Of a stretch of DNA of 64,000 bases, positions 56,460 through 64,000 are shown piece after piece. Each line of letters opens with the position of its first letter. Within the stretch, counting starts at the first letter, position 1. The stretch is from assembly GCA_003344405.1 (NCBI GenBank), contig NOWV01000193.1:1-64000 (forward strand), written 5' to 3'. The translations under genes and the position numbers were made by a program. The notes beneath the pieces are model-generated. The model had not been told where the DNA came from, searched no databases, and was given only the letters and a program-made list of their open reading frames with translations. This stretch comes from Trichoplax sp. H2 (taxonomy: Eukaryota).

Positions 56460-59400
56460 TATACAGCACAGTACTACGAAATCAAAGTCTGACTTAAGTT
56501 TGAGGATGCTGTGTCGCCCGGCAAGGGCTGCTTTTCTTGCCATTGCTGCGGAATTCTGGAAAACTTTTTAGACTATAGATTGCTTACTAGATCATTGAAC
56601 AGGAATGGAATAAGATTGACGATATCTTATTCTGCTGTGCCTGCTATAGTTCACAATAAAGTTGCCAAACTGAATAGAGATCAAAAATCTGCTGTACTTG
56701 AAAGTTCACACTCTATCAATATCATTTTCGCCTGCCGCGAATGCTTTACTGTCGGTAGATTGAGTCAAAAATACAGTACTAATAATAGAGATGGATTTCA
56801 TCCACGACGATGGTAATAAATCAGTTTTTATCACTAACTTCCTATTAGTTAATCCACGGACTACTGGAAGTCTATGGTTAATTTAATCAATATTTCATTA
56901 ATTATCTTTCTCCAATTTTAAGGATTAAAGCGTCCGCATTGCTAACGGCTGAAAGAGTTACCGTAAGATGTCAAAATGCATATTTAACGAGTAGCACGTA
57001 TAGTACTAATAAAATATCGTGCTTCACTTGCTTTTAGTCGGACCTTTAGTTTACACCGCTATCATAGCAATTATGTCTGACTGTGCTTAAGGCTAATTAT
57101 GGACTTCAAATCTTTCACACCTGAGAATATTAAATAGAAAAAAAAAAAATCGGTTCTCCCTATTCTCTTTATAATTAATTAATTAATTAATCCACTGGCC
57201 TAACAGTAGCTAATACGTAAGATAGAATAGGCAATGGCATTTCCAAAATAGATGAGAATTTAAATTTGAATCTAATCAAATCCATAATATTAACCCATGT
57301 AGCAACGCAACAATGACACTAATTAAATCAGATAGAAAGCCAAAGCCAACTAGAATAGTCAATCTTATGAAATTTGTCTTGTCATGTTGTCATCATCGCT
57401 CCAAATATTGAACTATTACTTGAAATTATTATTGGCCCATTGTAAGCATTGAGAGAATTAAGCATTCCGTAGAATAACATCGCTCTTACTTGTATTAGCC
57501 ACACTTTAATTTCATAAATATATATTTGCGATGGGATTACTAGTTAATATATTGTTCGCTTACACAGTAGCAAATAACAATTAATCTAGCTTTGTCCATA
57601 ATGGATTGCTTGTTTATTCTTATTCATAACCTTTAACGGAGTCTTTTAAGGTGATTTAACTACAACTGACCGTCTGATTATAACTATAATACAGATATCA
57701 CTTCTTATACATGAATTATTCAAGGACAGTTCTCCAGCTGGAACAGTCCTACTTTGTTTTTTATTATGCTCTACTGTAATTACAACAGTTGCACTTTCAA
57801 AGATATTTGATGTTATTGTTGCGACAGCCTCAAGGCATATTGCAACCTTTAATGAAAGTATATAATGGGCAAACATTTGGTAAAATAAATATAATAACGT
57901 ATTAACATGACAGTCGGTAACAAAATATCCAATGACAATATTATCCATTAGCCTATATTAAACTCACTTTTAAAGCGATTATAATAGATTTTGTATTTCA
58001 AAAAATGTTCCACGATAGAGTATTAGCTTATAGAGCAAATTCAAGGAAAGTTTTTTGGATGCTATCTAATATAATTGAAATAATAAAAAGTCTTCTAGCC
58101 GCATCTTTAAATGATAACAGCTCTAATATAAATTTCAGTCTGGAACAGTATATTTCGCCTACAAATGTCTCTTCATATACAGTATACTATTATTTAGCAA
58201 TTAATTAATATATATATACATATAGGATTAACTTTAATTATAAAATGATTAACAACTGCATACTTACGTAACTTCAGAGTGCTGTGAAATGATGTAATTG
58301 GTTACTCATTTAAATTATATGTAAATTATAAACCAAATTTTTAGATATACAGTAGACTAATTTATTCTACAACCAGTAAATCATTTTAACGCAGATGATG
58401 ATGTGATATTATCGCCAACAATGGATAACTCTAAGATATACGGTATATGATTATTCAACGGTGATTCATCGATGACTTAATCAACCATATGGAATAAGAA
58501 CACACTATTGCTTATCCTACCTATTTATTTCGAACAATAAGTGACAAATAGCTATAATTAGGATGAACGATTAGTATTATCGAGAGTATCAACAACCTAA
58601 TCTAAAAATAAATTTTTTTATCTATGAAATAAATCGGTACAAGAATAGCAATTCAAAGGCAACAGTAGACCAGTAGATGTTATGTTGATATCACTTGCCG
58701 CATTTGTAACAATGGGCAGATGATGCCATCTTGAAAGAATCTTTGTACAGCAAACACAGAAAAGAAACGTTAACAGTATTTTTAGCACTTATACTACAAC
58801 CAAACGTTTGATTAGCTTTAGTGCTTGCTTTATAGCTAGAAAGTGAAAATAGATATTGATTCATATTTAATAGTCCAAGGCCTAAAGTTTTTAATTATAT
58901 CCTTGATAGTTATGGCTCTTTTTAATTGTAGTAATAAAGTGATTAGATCTACAATTTATTTTTTTCTTTGAATTTATGTTTCTTTGAAATAGAAATGAAC
59001 TCTAACTTATCTTGCTATTTCCCAATTCAATAGACCTATGCTTGAAAATATTCTGAAGAATATGCCAGTTATCAGATCTAATGTAAAACCTGTATTACAT
59101 TACTAATAAACCTCCAAAATATGGCTTATTTACCGCTAAAGATATGGCTTAGTTTTTAGCTTAGGAATCAAGTGCGCTTATAAGGTTAGCAACAAGGGAA
59201 AAAAATTTATAAATTTATTACAGGTTCAGGATTGCTCGAGATAGTATAGAGGGAATTTTATTGATCAGTATACTATTTATTTGTTCGCCTTCCTGACAAT
59301 TAGCTCATACCATTGAAAATCTAAATGGAGATCCAACAGAAATTGACTCTGTTGATCATATTTCTGTTTTAATCATTATCTAAAAATGTAATTTACCGTA

Positions 59401-62400
59401 CAACTAGTACAGGATACAAACACTTGCCACTGTATCACTTAGACTGCCAGTGTTAATAAGCACATAGAAATTGATTAACCGAAACCAGGTATTAAAGGTA
59501 AAATACGGAGGCTTAAAATAAGCTGTAAGATTATTAATAATTATAAGTATTAGGTAACTTTGTATAATTTTTACCATGTTTTAGCTTGTATAAGTGTGTA
59601 TAAGAAGAAAATAATAGCTACATAATAGTGATTATGCTAAATAATTATTGATTGAGTAAATATTTTGCTATTATAATTGACTCAGCACAGTATTACAGGT
59701 AAAAAAATTAGGATCGCTACAGGTGTACGAAATTTAATTACCACGAATCCTTTACACTTTCTTTCAATTTTAATGAAAATGCGAGTGATAGATATTTTTT
59801 ATCAGTTTTGCCGATTATTACCCAGCAACTATAGTACTTCACGTATTCTTACTCGAACTTGACTGTACGAATAGTTTAGCTGATGCACGATATAACAACA
59901 TTATAAAATAACATTGCGTTGCCACTCGAATTTAGTTATGTGAAATATCACAAATTTCAAAATCATTGCAGATATACTTTACTGTGTTATTTGTACTGCA
60001 AGATATTGCTATTACCTCCGTCAAATCTTAGAGTTTTTTCAAGTGCTATATGCTAGGGCCATTTGTGACTGTAGCATCCAATGCAAACTCTCCATTTCCC
60101 ATATATTATTATATTGATATATTTAACTAGAGAAGAATAGATCTTTTCTATAGTTAGGCAAGAACGTCAAATTTTTCGTGTTGTAGAAGTAGCTAATCTG
60201 TTCCATCATTACGACAATAAAACTAAAGTGACTCGTAGTAACGGTACGCTACAGAATCATGATAGAACTGGCCTTTGGTGCTTTTATGTATAGGAAACGA
60301 CTTATTATTATTATTCATGCAAGTAACAGTTCTACTCGACCAATTTATGTTTCGTTAAAATGGTTAGATATCAAATAATTTACTTAAAGGTCATTTATAT
60401 CTATCGTTGGATTAGTAGTATTCTAAGAAGCGTGTAAAAGCTAGTAGATAAAATCTATTTAAACGATTGGACAAATTAATAAAAGTTAGTTCTTAGTCCC
60501 TAAGGTTAGAAGTATAACGTAAATCGAAGGCGTACGAATTATTGCGAGATCATAGATTCGATCACAACGTTATCTTGTCACACGGGAGTTTGTGACACAA
60601 GGATAGAAGGATCTAAAGCAACTTGAGCTCTGTTGCAGTTCACGTTAAAATTATTTATTTTATATAGAAAAGAGGAAAGTATGAAAGAATATGAAATGAC
60701 AGCATTAATTGACGAGTAGTTACTCAAATGCGAACTCTGATTGGTTTGTTAAGAATATATTCACGGTCAGATGACATGGCCAATATTTATGATCAACAGA
60801 ATTAAAACTTGTAGAAGTAGGATACAGTAATTGATTACGAAATTTATTACAAAAACAATAATTATTCTATCGATGAGAACGACTCAGTAACCTTCCTACA
60901 GTATTTCGTTCAATATTGCTGAAATATTTTGATGCTGCGAAATTTTAGTGCAGAGACACAGTGAACTCAATATCATAATCCGATATAGAGATGATACTAG
61001 CATACTTATGTTGCGCGACAGTTTGTAATAACAGCTATTGATTATACTTGATACCTAAAATTAAGCCAAGATGATTATTCAATTGGAATAAAATAGGTAT
61101 TTAAAAATGGCAAGCACGTATGACAAGAAGATATAATTACCAATATAGGAGAGAAAAAGTCCGCGGTAAAACTTGAATATATTCAAAGCGTTAGCTAATC
61201 ATAATGTAGTTGAGACAATAAGAGGAAGAAGGAGTGCTAAAAGGCTCCATTCGGAATCATGAAAAGAAAGTAATTACTAACTTTATAAGACTTCCGTTCT
61301 CGACGGTTGAAAGATTTCAATTATATGTCTATTCTCTAAGGGCACACATGCTATTCTTCCCTTAATTCCTCGAGAATGAACTAATTTCATCTATATTGAA
61401 ATGATTAAGTTTACAACCGAGTCCTATATCTTCCCAGGTAGCTGAAGGCTATAATAAACAATAATCAAATCAGTTCTACTGCTGCATTGCCTAAAATACC
61501 GTATAAAACTGAACTAATTGAATTGATGCCATTTTATTTTAGAAAGTCTATAAAAACATAATTGGATTGGAGAGAAAAGTATTAGACCGATTGATATACG
61601 AATAATAAAATCATAAAGGCTGCAATACTACTGTAGTAATTGTTTTCCACGTACAGAATAGGAAGCGGTCTAGACTTTAGATATTATAACTACCAAAATG
61701 AGCTATTATATCATTTGTTTCGAGAAATACTGGTAAAATATGGCACGATCGCGCCTTGAATAAAATAGTATAATTATTAAAATAATTACTCGCATATATA
61801 TTATCTTCACCCTAACTCCTCAATACATTCCAAAATCTATACAGAAACATGGGCTCAGAAATCTGCATTTATTAATTAAATATTAACCAAATCGTATAAC
61901 CATGAAATGTGTAAGCAAAATATATGCCTATCCAACAGAAGAAATCTTTATCTAAAAACAGCTTAATTTATCATGGCGTGGGATTCAAATCAAGTTTCCA
62001 TCTGTACTATTGAAGGGTTAAGTTGATTGTTTTTATATTCCCAATACTGCCAAGCCTCTTTCTATCATATTGATTGCTGCAGCACAGTAGAGTTTTAATG
62101 GATTTATAAGTGAGTAGCCACAACAAAAATAAATCTCCTGTAGGTTTCAGTAATAAGAATTTCACACTTAATGAATTGTTTAAACCATAAATACTGTAGA
62201 GTTGTAATCAGAGTCTATAGAAATCGAGTACTATTAATATATAACTTGAGAAATTTTTTTAACTAATTGGAAGATCTTAATAGTTACTAAACGAAAACTG
62301 AAACGAAAACAATCTGCAAAATCATCATATTATCTTTCTGGATAATTGTTATTTTTAGATACCTCAATATAAAACTTAGATCCTGCTTGATTGTATTTCA

Positions 62401-64000
62401 AGAGAAATCCTTCAGAGAGAGAACAGAAATTTAAGCGAATGAATAATTTCGCTTTAAGAGAAAAATTTCCAAATCTATAGCGTGTTATAGAATCTTATTC
62501 TTTGCATCCAAATCGTTCGTGTACAATGCACGTACTACGAATGCGTATACTTATTCTGAGAAAAAAATTTAGTTCTAGTAACATTGCTTAGTATCATATC
62601 TAATTCAGCTACTGCGATGGAATAATTGGGATGATATCAAGAGAGAAGGGATAACAACTCAATTTGACAAAAGAAAATCAATGAACAAAACTATTGATAG
62701 ACTAAAAATTGAATAAAATGAAATCAACAACAGATTGATAATTGTCACAACTGCTCCACAATTCAATGCATTGAAAATTCGTCTGTTAGTTAAACAATTG
62801 TGCCTATTTCCTGACTTCCTTATCATTTAGCAACGGTTCCACTTTCCGCCTGGTGTATTATTTTATTGTTTTCTGGTTACTTTTTGTCACTAAGACGCTA
62901 AACCTGCCGGTATCTGGAAATTTCTGAAGCATTTTTTATTTTATATTCTTTCGTCTTTAAGTGGATTCTCTGAGTCCGTTTCTGCAGATGGGGTTTTCCA
63001 TTATTTTTATATTATCTCCTGGACTTTAATTTTTATTAGCATTAATCATCCAATTACCTCCAATAGATTCTGCACATCAAATATGTATGAGATATCTAAT
63101 CTAACTATGGCCCATGTTGATTTTTCAAATTAAGTTTTAATCACAGCAATCATAAGATATCAATAGGATCGATTCTCATGATGGATGGCAAGATTTTCGT
63201 TTTACTTTAAAGATCAAGGAAGAATAGAGATAAATAAACAATGGTAACAACTGGCATAAGATATGGGAGACAAATTCAAAACAAAGGGAAAGATATTGAT
63301 GTTACCGAACAATAGTATACAATTTTAAAAGATTGTCGTCAATATCGGCAATTCTATGCCGCCACTAATCAATATCTCGATAAAAGATTTCCACTATCAG
63401 AGTGAATCTCTGCAATAGTTTACCCTTTGACATCAATATTTATATTGGATAAATTTAATAATAATTTAAGATTCTCAACGCTATTTCTAAGCTTCTTTCG
63501 TACTTGCACTATAACTAGAAAGGCAGATGATAATATGTATGTTTCGTAGTAATAGTATGATAAAATATATTATTTTCTTCTTGCAATCATGATCAAGTTA
63601 AGCTCACCATTCCATTTTTTAGCCAGTAGTCATAATGCTATCTAATTGGTTAATATCTTTCAAATAGAATAGTGGATATAACTGAAGGATAGCTGATTAT
63701 TCTTTGTCGGATTTTTTTCCTTTATTGGGCTAGAATACACTTCTATAAAAGTTTAACTATAGACTTCGGAATAACTTGTCTACAAATAATCATACTACGA
63801 AAACATAGTGAAAAACATTGTCAGTAACTATGATAATAATTGGATTGTCCATGCAAAGGAATTGATCATCTTGGATTGTATAGTTTAGACAACAACTCTT
63901 ATTTGCCATCTCAATAGAATACAGTAGTCTTAGTAGAGTGAAGTTAGGAATAAATATCCCCTTATGATGAATGGCATGTCATCAAGAACATGACTATCTT

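Noticed and set aside
57646..57948. 100 aa hydrophobic ORF in the gene-poor region
   Set aside because: No recognisable domain or supporting neighbouring exons.
62700..63500. Minus-strand stretch translating to a TM-like segment (ICLPYLMPVVTIVYLSLFFL), possibly a decayed membrane-protein gene
   Set aside because: Interrupted by stops in the frame examined and no family motif identifiable by eye; needs tBLASTx.

Overview
AT-rich, gene-dense eukaryotic (early-branching animal) DNA with many short spliceosomal introns. Composition, compactness and abundant ACAGT/TACAG repeats suggest a placozoan such as Trichoplax (inference). Genes in order: an LGR/GRL101-type GPCR 7TM exon truncated by the window edge (+), MSH6 (+), GARS (-), SDR16C-like dehydrogenase copy 1 (+), RPL7 (+), SDR16C-like copy 2 (+), an RNF19-type RBR E3 ligase (-), MRTO4 (+, missed by the ORF track), a membrane-anchored EYS-N-terminus/EGF protein (+) and SDHA (-), then about 9 kb with no recognisable gene. 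Three 20-N gaps are each flanked by near-identical duplicated segments, probably uncollapsed haplotypes, which allows allele-to-allele comparison. Main observation: tracts of TA-CAG/TA-CTG/TA-CAGTG/TA-CACTG/TA-CGG units in mixed orientation lie just upstream of the housekeeping genes. Allele comparison shows they differ by discrete TA->TACAGTA/TACTGTA steps, even at an isolated TA. One allele carries a TA-flanked CAGGGTG-type MITE where the other has TACTGTA. This suggests the tracts are accumulated Tc1/mariner-type excision footprints in open promoters rather than ordinary slippage microsatellites. Other highlights: a U12-type AT-AC intron in GARS, a GC-AG intron and a 157-158 bp tandem array in MRTO4, and a short transmembrane protein resembling the N-terminus of vertebrate eyes shut (EYS) with a Crumbs-like C-terminal DRLV motif.
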